64,000 nt of DNA from Klebsormidium nitens (Eukaryota > Plantae > Klebsormidiophyceae), in the NCBI GenBank assembly GCA_000708835.1, contig DF236981.1, positions 265,006 through 329,005 on the forward strand. Direction: 5' to 3'. Within the stretch, counting starts at the first letter, position 1. Each line of letters starts with the position of its first letter. The notes under the pieces were generated by a model. That model had not been told where the DNA came from and did not search any database. It was given only the letters and a program-made list of their open reading frames with translations. Below are positions 1 to 19,442 of this stretch, piece by piece. A program made the position numbers and the translations under genes.

Positions 1-28
1 AAACTTGAAAAAGTCGTTGAAACCTCAC

Positions 29-3000
29 TCAGGAAAGTAGCTCTCCGTTGCGTCTGTCACCATGAGGCACTCGAAGCCCCGGTCGCAGGCCTCGCGCATC
101 GTGGTCTGGACGCACACCTCGGTTGTCACCCCCCCGAACAGCAGGTGGGTCACGCCCTTGGACCTGCAAAGAGACACGAACGGAGAGTACTGAATGCTGA
201 GCCGATTTGTGATTTTCTCCCAACTCGAGTCGGATCGAGCAGTTGATATGGGTTCGGAAGTGTTTAGGGACCAGAAGATACGCGTCGAAGATTGGCCAAT
301 CGAAGAGAACGGCAAGCTTATAGTTGGATACGCCCGCCCGAACTCGCGAGTGCACGACAATTGGATGCTCCGTAACGCGCCTGACCATTCGTACTGCTGA
401 TCGTAGTCTCCGTTGTTGACGCTCTTAACCATGCGCCAGCTTACAAGCCAACAGCTGAACGGCGTGAAGGGTGGACAGCCATGCAATAAAGTGTGACGAA
501 AAACGCGGACGCTCCACTCTGAGCGACGACACATGTGAATACCTTTTAGTAAGTTTCAGATTCGACATGGAGGAAGGAAGCCAGATTGAGTGCTCGAGGC
601 TCGACAAGAGGTGAAGCACAACTTACAGAAGAAACTCGTAGATGTCGGTCTGGTAGAAAGCGCCTTTTCCGGGCTTGTGGATAGCCTACAGGTAAGGAGA
701 CTCCGAGTCAGCCTCCGGGCACGAGCGGCAGATAAAGCATTGAGGCTCGCTGTGGGCGCTTTGGAATGAATGCCGAAGCAAGTTGCAAAGAAACAGCAGT
801 GATCGCAGATGTGACAGAGAGCTAGCAAGGGACTTAGAGCTTTTATACGAGTCCCACGTGTTTCAACTCCGACGAGGCCGACAGGTTTGAAAGGCACGTC
901 ACTTCCCTGGATGTCTGCATCTGCCCGGCCCGGTAGAGAATCACGACTGATCTTTTCAATCCTTTGGGTCAGCTGTCCATATGATCGAATCACGAGCATT
1001 TGCTCCCCAGATTCACGGAGTCAAGTACCATGATTGAGACGCAAACTGCGAAGCCATACCTTCTCGTTAGGGGCCGGCGCGTTCTCGTCGACGATGCCGT
1101 TCCCTTCCTCATTTCGGACGAGGATGCGGCCGCCAATCTCGCCCTGCGTTGCCAAGAGCAGGCACGACTCAGGTCCCGGTTCCAAGCAAGATTTCGTAAC
1201 ATTCCCTCAAGGCAAATTGAGTGTTGCTGAAAGAAGGAAGCACACGCAGCTGAGTTCCCAGATCCAAAAGCTCTTTTTTTCCTAAACAAGACGACAGTGG
1301 TCTGAAATCGAGAAGCAGGACTCAACGCAGATCAACCGCCGGAACATCCCCGCGCTGGTTGACAAAGAGAGGTAGCATTGCCGCAGACACGTGCCGCTCC
1401 CAATCACGTCACGCTTACGACCGCTTCCAGACACACCACACCTTCGCGTATGAACCTCCCAATGTAGAGATTGCAACCACTCCATAAGGAGAGACAGACG
1501 CTTTGTGATTGCGCCAAAAGAGTCTACAAAGAGCGGACGGGTCACCTCATCTCCGATCCGGAGCCCGACCGGCAGCTGCCCTCGGGTGAGCTTGGCCAGC
1601 GGGGCGTCGCTCAGGTCCGGATAATGCGCCTCCAGAGTGTGGACGATGGGCATGCCGAACTCGCGAAACGTATCCTGCAGGCAAAGATATTGAAGTGAGA
1701 GTTGGATCTTGACGCGGAAAGCAACATAGAAAGTCCGAAAAACCTAGTCTGGGAGCGGAGTACTTAGGTCCCGGGTGGTGCGCCTCTAGAGTGTGGGACG
1801 ATCGGCATGCCGAACTCGCAAAACGTATCCTGTGAGCAAAGAATTTGTGGATCCTTTACCTCTGAGGCAAGAACCAAACCTAGAGGTCAGCAAAAGTCTA
1901 CTCTACCGCAGCTGTATATGCTTGATGGCGGCTTCAGGATCGAGTACCCAATCCGCTGTCAAGCGGACCGCCGAAGAGATTAGGAACAGGAACGAGAGTG
2001 CGTCTGAAGAGGGTTGTGGTGCGCTATTGCGGTCCTGGCAAAGGCAAGACACCCCGTCGCTTGAAAAGACGTCAGACGAGAATGGGAACAGAGCTGAGAC
2101 TTGCGCTCTCCTCGCAAGGCCCATCTGAATGTATCGAAGTGCAACATCTGGTTAGCGGTGCATTAGCGAAGCGAACACGACAAGATTCGAGCAGGAGAAG
2201 ACTTCAGCCTTCGATTAGGTAAAGCGAAGCGGGTGTTTGATAGTAGCACACCGAAGATCCTTCGGAGGGTCGAGCAACTGACGCACGAGCAGCAAGGACG
2301 ATGGAGCCTCAATTCAGGTTAAGAATGGCGGGTACAGATCAACAGCGAACCGGCCCGCATGGAGGGTCCACTCACCAGGAGTCGGCAAGCATACCTTTAG
2401 CGTCAGAAGATGTAGACGAAAGCGGAAGGATGTCCGCAAAAAAGTAACTAGCATGGGCGTCCGCTCACCAGGATCATTCGTACGGTAGGCACGATGGCTT
2501 GCAGCAGCTTGACGTTGTTGCCCAGCGTAGACCCAAAGCCGCCCTCCTCCACAAAGTCCCTTTGCATGTCGATCATCACCAGCGCGGTCGCCTCAACCTA
2601 GAAAGACACACCGATGATGATCAGTGAGCGACTTGTGAATCGGTGCGATTGTCGCTGGCGTTTTCGCCTCCACCTGAAGAGACACACCTATGGTTAGCAG
2701 TCCGCATCTTCGATAGTCGGTGAGAGTAAGACTGTGGCAAAGTCTTCGCTCGAACAAGCCACAAGCATACAGCGCGGTCAGTACCTGGAGGTGAAGAGAC
2801 TTACGCAACGTTCAAGGCTGCAGGCTTTCGTGCGACTAGGGCAGGGGCCTTAAGAGCGCAGTTGTCAGTCTGGTCATGTATATTCAATCGAGACGAGACT
2901 AGCAAGAGGTCAGCGTTTCAGCAGGGCAAACAAACATCATAAGCGGACGTCAGACTCTTGGACGAATTTCATCGTGACTCGAAGCTCATTGCGCATGTTT

Positions 3001-5875
3001 CAAGCTCAAAGAAGCGCTTGGTACACAATGACTTGACGCATCCAGCTACGCTGCTCCAGCTATACTTACTGGGAACGTGAACGGCCAAGGCTTGGCTCCC
3101 TCCACGGTCGCTCTCTTCATGTTTTCGTAGTTGGCCGGCAGCGGCACAACGGCCGGAACCAGAGGGTCCGGCTTTCCGATCCAGGGGACCTTCGCCCACG
3201 CCTCGTCGACCGGTTCCGGCGGGCCAGCGGATTCCGGGCTGGAGAGGCCGGAAAGAACGGCATCCAAGCTGGCGACCCAGCCGATGATCCCGCCCTGGGC
3301 CGTGATCTGAGTCAGCGACGCCGCCTTGAAGCTGCAAGAGGAACTCCAGAAGAAGCGGAAGTTAGACGCGGCATCCATCCGTTTCCGCTGAAGTAGAGTC
3401 GTTCCGCCAAAACTGCTGCTTCTGGACGTGAAAGGTGATGTGCAGCTTGAACCTGATGAAAGCGCGAGGGGTTCAACGGAAGCCGGTCCGAAGGGTCCGC
3501 CTTCGGTGAAGAGTAGGAAGCGGGCAGTTGCAGCAGGAACAAAACAAAAGGTGCATGAAGCAGCTCTGTCTTGGTCTTTGTACATTTGAGATCCCTGCTG
3601 AATCGAGATGCCTTGAGTTGCCAGCTTTTATAGGCAAGAAACCAGGTGACAAGACGACAGACAGTATCACAAGCCGACCAGGAAGAGGATGTCGCATGCA
3701 TAGTCGAGGTTTCGAAGCTACTAGCGCCCCAAATCGCACCGCAGACCTCAGCAGCCTGTTCATCTAGTTCGTTCACTTTTTCAGACTCAGCAAAGTCGTT
3801 CGGTAAGAGCTGTATAAAATAATGGAGAACGCTGCTGCTTACTCGGGGTTGTAGCTAGCGGTGCACTCGTCAACTAGGAGCGGGTCGAAGCCGCGGTCGT
3901 TGAGCTCGCGCATGACGATCTGGACCGTGATGTCGGTCTCCAGTCCGGCGACCAGCACATAGCGGATTTCCTCCTTGACCAGGAATTCGTGAACGTCTGT
4001 GGCGTGGCCGATGCCCTTGCCGGGAGTGTAGACAATCTGCCATAGGAGATGGGAAACTTAAGGGGGGGAAGGAGAAATACGTATGGATGTTGGGTTGGAT
4101 GAGAAGAAAGACCTGTGGCTGTCAGATATGGCTGATGCCATTGCCGAAAGTGAAAAGACACCTCTGAAAAGACATGGAAAGAATGGGAGGAGAAGAAAGA
4201 CAGTTCTGGATTTCTGCTTTGCAAGCGGAGTGCTATTTGAAGAAGAATGATTGGCAAGGTGGATAAGTGAAGACAAAATGGGAGAGACTGACAACCAACC
4301 ATGGTCGGTCTCCGATTTGAGGACAGCAGCCTTCCGTGATGCGATGAACTGATAGAATCTAGACTTACTCACTCACACAAGGCCTCAGCAGATTGTGTGT
4401 CCAAGTTTGAGAAGACGGATGAAATGAAGGGAATCCAGTCACATAAAAGAGGGATGGTGGGAAGCAAGAAGCAAACAAGTCGTTCAAAGGATAGACACAC
4501 GAACGTTAGAAGAGTGGGGTCAGTAACAGGGTAATCGTGCAAGCCTTAAACACGTTGGGTTTTGAAAATCTGGAAATGGAAGCCAGGTTTTAACTCCCAT
4601 GGTGCCTTTAGGACCAGCAGGGCAGTCTAAGAGAGCCTTCAAAGCTCTCCCCCAACTAAACCAGAAAAATGGTCCTTGCCAGAAAACCTCCGCGCACAGA
4701 GTAACATTTGACAAGGGGACCTACCTTCTCTCCATCTAGGGGGGCCGCATCATCGACGAACTGCGTGCCAATCTCCCCCTGAATCAGGATGCGCCCCCCT
4801 TGGGAGCCCTGCACAGAAGAGGCTGGTTTTAAAGAAAGATCCACCAACAAGCATTCGCTCAACCAGCAAGAAGAACGCTTACCAGTAGCTTCAAAGTTGA
4901 TGGCACATTCTTTTCAGAAGCTCACACTGCTAGCAATTGCGGAGGCAGATCTGTACCACCCCTGAGCCCTCACTTAAGTAGGTGCGTTGTTTGCGTGACT
5001 GCAGAAGGATCATGGCAGCAGATGACTGTGCTCTCACCTCATCCCCAATGCCGACTCCGCCAGTCTGCTTCTTGGTCTTGCTGGCCTTGGAAGGGGCCAG
5101 GTCACTCAGGTCTGGCTTGTATGCTTCTGCCACATGGACCACGGTCAGCTTTGCCTCTCTGGCTGCTTCCTGCAGAAGATTCTGTGCAAATGGTTCTGAC
5201 ATTGATGCTGAGTGGTTTGGAGCTCTTGATTGCAATTGACCAGTCCCATTTGGCCGTCAAGAAGAGGGAAGTGGCTTGAGTTGATCATAAGAGATGGCTT
5301 CTTTTGTGGTCAAATAGAAGCCACTATCAACAAAGATAATGCAGCTGAACGGAACACAGGAGACTATTTGGCAGGTAAGATATAGCATAACAAATTATGA
5401 GCCAGGTTTCATGGCACACTCACCAGGAGTTTGGCGACTTCTGGCCTGATAGATTGCACTTTTGAAAGGTCGTTCCCAAGTAGTTCCGCATAGCCCCCGG
5501 GCTCCAAGAAGTCGTGCTGCAGCTTCAGCAGCAGAAGGGCAGTTTTGCCAACCTGCATTTGATCCCCCAGATCAGCTTGGAAGTCATTCTTAAGAAAAGG
5601 AAACCACCAGACAGAGGAGAGCTTTAGACGGATCCGCTGGCCTACTGGCAGCACCTTGTACTGCTCTCAAAGGTTGATACAGGTGCTTAGCTCAGGTCTT
5701 GCCTTGAATTCTACCTGCCTCCAAATGTTGATTGCACAAAGCGCAGTCCCCAAGCAGCTGGGGTCAACACAGATTCTTCTATAGTGGAGATGACACATCT
5801 GGGGCTGGGAGTGACTGATGATGCTTACTGGCGACTTGAAGTCTCGTGGCTGTGCTTTGATGACATACTCCATGC
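29..5875 (-). CDS. Tandem two-domain isochorismatase-family cysteine hydrolase (biuret/triuret hydrolase-like); 3' end lies outside the window
   Basis: Phase-consistent GT-AG exons: 5875-5829 ([15 protein letters not shown]), 5552-5424 ([21 protein letters not shown]), 5169-5038, 4808-4725, 4036-3843, 3331-3070, 2597-2469 ([25 protein letters not shown]), 1674-1546, 1143-1060, 685-627 ([11 protein letters not shown]), 163-29 ([22 protein letters not shown]). These motifs match the BiuH/TrtA subgroup. The start may be ATG 5873 or lie further upstream. Confidence 0.9.
1620..1840 (-). repeat. Duplicated acceptor plus exon start in a hydrolase intron
   Basis: 1779-1840 is a diverged copy of 1625-1685 (tgcgcct..agagtgtg..gcatgccgaactcgc.aaacgtatcctg), offset 155 nt. 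Confidence 0.85.
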
Positions 5876-8212
5876 CTGTGAGAAAGTTCTGCAATGCAAA
5901 GCGACGGTTGAATCCCATAAGAGATACATTGGACAAAGAAAATAAAGAAGGGGCATTGGCTGGAATCGCTGCGATGACCAAAGAGTTTTGCTTCTATCTA
6001 CTTAAGATTGGACTGTGTGACTTTACAGGGCACCTGCTGTGGGAAATTGTGCAGCCAGGTTGAAATGCAGAGCGTACCTGCACTTCTCATACATTTCTGT
6101 TCAAACCCCTGGACTCCTTACTACATTGCACCTTACATTTGACAGAGTCTGTCATGAGCAGTCCTACTTTTCTTATTTCATAACTCACCAGATTGAATGT
6201 TGTGATCTTGTGGCACTTGAGCTCGTAGTACTGGGCACCCCGTCCAGGCAAGAAGCCGCAATCCTGGAGCAGAACCTCACACAAGGACTGAAGGCGTTTG
6301 TGCAATCAGTGGTCCCTACAATGTTGCAACGGCCGCCGTTATGGGAAGACCAAGCACAGCTGAAGGCAGCACGGCAGGTGGTAGACGTGGCTAAAGAGAA
6401 GAAAGGGACTTCTCAACTATGGAGTTGAAAGAAAATGCAGGTGGGCCAAGCCGTTGTAGTCTGCTTGCAGAGATACAGCAGCTCGCAAATGGCTCCGTCT
6501 TGCAGAAGGCCGGAAAGATCAAGCTCGGAGTGGATGAAGAGTTGCATTCAGGTAAAATGCGTCCAGTGCACATCTGGCTAGAGAAGCATATATGTGCTCG
6601 CATTGCCCTGCAGCCTGCATGCCTGACTGCAGTGCCCAATGCCGCTACATCATGGCTCTGATTCTTGGCATGAGGCGCACAGAGTCAGACTCAGACTCAG
6701 AGCTGTACGTATTAACAGTACCAGGTACCTGAATTCTGATCAAGAGGCAGAGACTAGACTCTGGAGTCCATGTGAGGCGTGCTGCCGTGCATCATGATTT
6801 ACGGTCGCCCAAAAATGGCCACAATTGCACTGTTTTGCACATGCTCATTGCTATTCACGGCAGGGCACGACCGTACACAAAGTGAGTACCCACGGTAGGT
6901 ACGCCGAAGCGGCGACTTGTTCCCCTTGTTCTGCACATGCCGCACTACCTATGCCGCAATCATTCCGGATACAATCCGCCGAAGCCCTGCGGAACGCAAG
7001 AGCACACACGACGGGTGGCCGGAAAACGGAACGCCGTTAGGCGGCGATCATATATCTTTTGTCCTCTTTTTCTAAATCTTGACACTTTAATCATTCAAGC
7101 GCTCTTCCTTTCACTCATACGATTCCTTGGGGTATCATATTTGAGTGTCAAGATATAGATGCGCAAATACAAGATAAAAGGCAATGGGGGACTCGAGAGG
7201 CTCAAGATTCCGGTTCCAGGCACAATTTCCGTTCAATTGATACAAGGCGCTTTCACGCCTGCAATTCGCCCTTCTGTCGTGCATGGGACTGCAGCTGGGT
7301 TTCTGCCAAATTCTGGTGGTCCTTTTGCTGAGGAGCACCCTTTCTGGCTGAAGATCACCTTAGCCTGCATGAGACCGTCTTCAACAAGATTTGCGGAGCG
7401 CTTAGTGGGTTGCTTCAAGCGCCCACTCGAATTAGGATTAGGGTTTGCAGCAACTTATTGTTTAGAAAGCTTGCAGAAAATTTGATTGCCCACATTGGGC
7501 TACAGCTGCTATTTTGGATTTGCCCTCCTAGCTGGCAGTTATATTGAGAAAGGGTTGAGAACTACAAAATGATTTGACCAACCGCTGAGCTGGCGGAACT
7601 GAACGGTCAGGAGATCATCAACCAAGCGCATGCAGCTGATTAAACTAACAGAATGCTGAGCAACCCTGATTTCTCATCAGCGTGCTCCTAGCCGTGTTGA
7701 CGCTCACACCAATTCTTTACATGATTGCTGAAACCTTGTTGAGCAGCGCTTAGCCAGGCATACTTACAGTCAAGACCACATTCCCAGATTGTAAGTCTAC
7801 ATAAGGGCACGGCCAACCAGAAATTACTTACCCAGCAAACCAGAATGGTACTCAAGGTTGACCAGCCCTCGGTCGTGAGCTGCTCGGGCAGGTTGCACAG
7901 CCCCGGGTTACGGCAGCGGTTATCAGATGGGTGAGCTTTCTCCACACCGGAAGCAGTCTTGAGTGCTCCAAGCTCAGAACTTCTAGATTCTCAAGATTCT
8001 CATGTCGAAAGCTTCCCTTCAATGAAACCCACAAGACGCAATTTCTCTTTGCTGTTAGTCTTTCCAAGGTGGAACATAGCTTTGCGTCTTGTTGCCCTAC
8101 AAGTACAAAGGGCTCAGCCCCAAGATTGAAGGATCGCACGAAGCACATTGCGAGCCATACTCGGGCGTTCATGTTGTGCCCTTTTAAATCTTATTAAAGC
8201 TCTGTTGTGTAG

Positions 8213-11200
8213 GTCGGCCTCCCTCCAGAAGCAAGTGCGACTTTTCTGCTACCATGAGCTGCCGGACTGGTGCAAAGGCAACGAGTACATCCTGCGCCAC
8301 TACCGGGCAGACTGGCCGCTGACTCGAACTATACTCAGCGTGTTTGAGGTCCACAACGAAACGCTCAACATCTGGACGTAAGGGATAACTCATCTGCCCC
8401 CGAGTGATGGACTTTTCCCCTGTCGTTCTGCTGTTCGTCATCCTCCGGCCTGTAATGTCTTTCAACAACTTCCTCCTCAGTATGTCTTGGGATTGGTTGG
8501 TGACAATATGTAGTCAGTGGTATTGGACATGAAAATTCTCTTGGACGCACTCATGGGATCATGCTACACTTGCATTTGAAGTATGTGTTACAGCGTCCTG
8601 CGGAGTCGAACACTTTTCTTCACGCTTTCACCAGAAGCAGGACCCCCCCCTCTTCCCCTACTTGTTTCTTACTCAGCCTTGATTGCAGTCCTCGCCTCTT
8701 CTGTGTTCTGATACTGTGCCCAACAGCGCGCCCCCTCCCTGCAGGCACTTGCTGGGCTTCATCCTCTTTGCCTGGCTGACCTATATTGCAGTGCTTGAGC
8801 ATCCGGGCTTCGCTTCCACAAGCTCTGGCGCTCAAAGCATCGTCACTACTCAGCAGGTGAGACAGGTTCCAGCAGTCGGCGAGAGAAGCCTGGGTTCACT
8901 GCTCCGGTTCTTATCCCCGTTTGTCTTGGCTTTCCGTATTCATCTTGAGCATGGGGCAGTGACGAATCTCGCTCAAGCAAGCCCTTTAAGCATCCTGCCA
9001 CAATAAACTTACAGAAGGAGAGAACTCAACCCGTTCTTCAGAGGCCGTTTTCTGCCCCGCATCTGTTCAGCTTTCAGGAGACTCTCCCGTTCCGCCCGCT
9101 CCGATGTTGCATTCAATCCGCGCACAATGTATCTCCGCAATGAGGCGTTCTGAGCATCTGACACCATACTTCCTACCTTTCGAGTTTGTACGCGTTTCCC
9201 CAAGCCACCTGTTTTTCCTTGCAGTCTCTCGTGGTTCGTCCTTCTCTTGCCCCCTCTCCAGTTGGCACGGCCCGCTTGTATTCAATCCGTCCTGTTCCAA
9301 TCAGCAACGTTCTCTTCACCTCTTATTCAACCTGGATCACTCTCTTGCGCTGCATCGGATTGATCACCAAACCAAAGCTCACAATGTTCCCTCGGACGCA
9401 GCACCTTCCCTCGACCTCTCCACCGGCTTCCCGTCTTGGTGTCTCCAAACTACTCGTTTCACTCATAACGAATGTTCTTACTCACTAAACCGACTGATCA
9501 CTAACCCGAAGCTCACCTTGACCCCCAGCCCCCACGACCTCTCCATCCGTTTCCTTCTCACTGTCAGCACAATCCCTTATTCTACATGATAGATCATCAA
9601 CCCAAAACTTACTCTCGTCTCCGAGGCGCGGCACTTTCCCCCCGACCTCTCCACCAGTCTCCTTCTCACCTCTCAGCCCAATCCCTTTTTTGACAGGTTA
9701 ACCACTGCCCAAGGAACTCTCGTTTCCCAGGCGCAGCACTCCCCCATCGACCTCTCCATCAGGGGGGAAATGTTTGCGCTCCTCTTCAGCTCTTCAAAGC
9801 ACTCGTTTTGCCGATTGCTTATAATAATTTTGCTTATAGCTAACCCGAAATTCACCCTGACCCTCCAGGCGTATAACCTCCCCCCCGACCTCTCCACCGA
9901 CCTCCCGGGCCCATTCCCCGGGCTCTTTTCCCACTCATCCGTCCCCCGGTGGCCGCTCTTTGTGTTCCTCTGGGGGGCCATGGTCTGCCTGCTGACCAGC
10001 GCTTCCTGCCACTGGTTCTGCTGCCACTGCCAAACAACAAATTCCATCGTCTGGAAGCTGGACTACCTAGCGATCGCGGGCCTCGTGTGCACGTCGTTCT
10101 TCCCGCCTGTGTATTACGTGAGTGGTCTCCATCGTCTTCACTTACCTGCATCCCTTCTTTTCCCGCCTGTATGTTACGTGAGTGGTCTTCATAGTTTGTT
10201 ACATTGATACATTGTTGCTTCCTTGTTAGACCGCGTGTGAGGAGCAGGGTTGTAAAAAGTCGTTCTGTAAATTTGGTCCCGCCCTGAAGGCGATCAGCTC
10301 CAACCATGGAACGTGAGCCGTTTGATCAGCGAGGTGCATGCGTCGAACGGGCCGAGTGCTGAAAACGGCCTAAATCGAAGTTGGTTAAGCCGGCCAGGTT
10401 GACAGAACCAGTCGTAAGTCAGTTCTTTGTACTCTGAGAAGGAGAGAAGACAAGGCAAACTGACGTATAGCAAATGATCAGCACCTTGTCACGGATTTGA
10501 CATGGTGACGAGTCGTGGAACTCATACCACTTCTGATGCTGATTGCGCTTTCAACTCCGCGACCCACGTATCGGGCGCGGCACCCCAAGCGATGTAGTGA
10601 ACAATTACAGCCAGTGAACAGGAACAGCCAGTGGACAGTAACGGAGACGGGTAGGATTAGTTCGGGGTTTAGGGTGGGTACGGGTGCGGAGCGGGTGCGG
10701 AGCGGGTGATCTTTTGGGTTAGGATTTTTGGTAAACCCAACATGCTTACTCTACACTAGATCGTGCATTACGTGGGCTGCCACACCTGTGCTCGAGGCGC
10801 TGGGCTGCATCACACGGAAGGTGGATGACAACGGCTTTGTGAAACGGTGAAGCGCACATGTTTTATCTTTGTCACCGGACCTCGTTTGCGGTCACCGTGG
10901 GTCCATCTTCATCATGTCGCTGAGGAATGCGTTTCGTTTCTGACAGGCCTTCATGTGCGAGCCCGTTTGGCGGAACATGTACCTATCCGCGATCGTCATC
11001 CTGAGCCTAGCAACCGGGGTCATCTCACTATTCCCAAAATTCAACCACCCGACCTACCAGCCGTTGCGCGCCGGCGTCTTTTCGGGGATGGCCCTTTCCG
11101 GAATCGTGCCCTGCCTGCATAAGGCGGCGTTCCTGCACCCGGAGCCGATAGCTTATTTCACCACGGCGGCCGAGCTGGCCATGGGGTTTGTATACCTTAT

Positions 11201-11378
11201 CGGCGCGGTCGTATATGCGACGAAAGTGCCCGAGAAGTGGCTCCCCGGGCGGTTTGATATCATCGGGCACAGCCATCAGATATTGCACGTGCTTGTGGTT
11301 GTCGGCGCGTGTATTCATTACAACACGGCGTGGGCTTACGTCACTTGGCGGGAGCAGTCGTCGTGTGTTCCCAAGTAA
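8213..11378 (+). CDS. Heptahelical transmembrane protein, PAQR/haemolysin-III family (plant HHP-like); first coding exon not located
   Basis: Exons 8213-8377 (LPDWCKGNEYILRHYR...HNETLNIWT), 8745-8856, 9869-10117 (SASCHWFCCH...KLDYLAI) and 10947-11378 (PEKWLPGRFDIIGHSHQILHVLVV, stop). These are the canonical PAQR motifs, and the exon phases join in frame. Confidence 0.92.
9365..9900 (+). repeat. Five-unit degenerate array of branch point, acceptor and exon start in an HHP intron
   Basis: The core gacctctcca occurs at 9413, 9536, 9644, 9749 and 9887 (the real exon). Most units have a preceding ctgat/ctaac-like motif and pyrimidine tract. Confidence 0.8.
10101..10190 (+). repeat. Duplicated exon end plus 5' splice site, 60-nt offset
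   Basis: ttcccgcctgtgtattac|gtgagtggtct (donor after 10117) and ttcccgcctgtatgttac|gtgagtggtct (donor after 10177). Confidence 0.9.
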
Positions 11379-12643
11379 GACAGGTACTGCAGCTGGCGGT
11401 CAAAACATGATCGTAACAGCTCGAGGTTCGGGGTAGATTTTTAATGGATGCATTGTCCACAGCATTTATGCTTGATAATAGCAGGTGATTCTTTCATGCA
11501 GACACCAGCGAGAGGCATTGACCAGATATTGGCCTGCACGGTCATCATCAGGTAGCGGGTTGTGTAAACTAACGTTCCTTAGATCTAAGATGAGCATCAG
11601 CGGACTTTCCTGAGATCAGTGGAAAGCTAGAAATCCTCAGCCCAGCAAGCTGGACAGTACTTGTTCATTCGTTTAATCCGGGTTGAAAGTAGAAATAAGG
11701 TAGTGCGGCCACTCTTGTGATGCACTACTTTGCAATCGTGTACTTGATGTCAAAAAGTTATGAGAAACATGATTGCAGGCGAATCACAATCAAGTGCAAC
11801 CAACTCAACGGACCGTTTCCGACATGCAAGTGTGTGCATGGGCGCCGGTCACCCATGCAAAATCCGATTACTTGAGTCGCAGGCTTATCGTTAAGCAGAT
11901 GTACACGCGATTGTTGCATGATCACGGCGGTGCATGGCATGTCAGCGACTTGAATTATGTCCAAATGCATGATAAGTGACTATGTTTCATACAAACGTAG
12001 CACGTTGCGCGTACTGATGGCCGGTTTGAGAGCAAGGGACGTATTGCGCATTCGATATCACTCTAGTGACCATGCGACAACAAGACCATCAAGTGAAAGG
12101 CCCGCCGACATATGCATGACATGAGTTCAACCGTAATGATGCGGCAGGACGCGTACTCAGTGCGTCATTACTCAGCCGTATCTCGATCCGCGGGAGCAAC
12201 TCAACACGTTATAGTAACGCCAATGGGCGCATATGCTGGCGTTATCTACTGAGCGTTGACACATATGCATGGCTGGCCGCACGAGCTAGTGCCTCGGCGC
12301 CCTATAGATCCGTGCATGTGCAGCTAGTACTAGAATCACCGAGGGCCGATATCTACCGCCAATTGTGAGCTCGATCTCCCAGAGCTCAACCACTCAGTCT
12401 GGCATTGTGGAGGAATGAGTGTTATCGAACTAAGCGCGCATGCACCCAGCCATCTGTCTTAAGCTTGCCGGCTGAAGCTAAAGCAGGCGCCACACGGTGC
12501 AGACAATCTGAAGCAGCGAGTCAGCCAGTCAACAATTAATGAAAGAGCGTACAAGGCGTACAATCAGTCTGTGGCTTTGTAAGTAGATGAGTTCGATCCT
12601 GGATGTGCTCGAAATAAATGATCAATACTAAGTCGGAGAATAA

Positions 12644-19442
<6,799 letters not shown>

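Noticed and set aside
2345-2395. Possible echo of the donor at 2469
   Set aside because: Only about 25 nt of loose similarity, too weak to count among the echo loci.
5553-5660. In-frame upstream extension of the hydrolase exon (ORF 5409-5654)
   Set aside because: The acceptor at 5553 gives a 129-nt exon matching the paralogous exon of domain 2 exactly, so the extension is most likely intron.
5818-6661. Chain of adjacent plus-strand ORFs suggesting a frameshifted pseudogene
   Set aside because: No recognisable motif. The region overlaps a hydrolase exon on the minus strand and probably its upstream intron or UTR.
10660-10740. Telomere-like or telobox motifs (gggtttaggg; also near 16170, 33090, 63080)
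   Set aside because: Isolated, degenerate and not tandem. Several are explained as CTAAC-type branch-point regions, so these are not interstitial telomere arrays.
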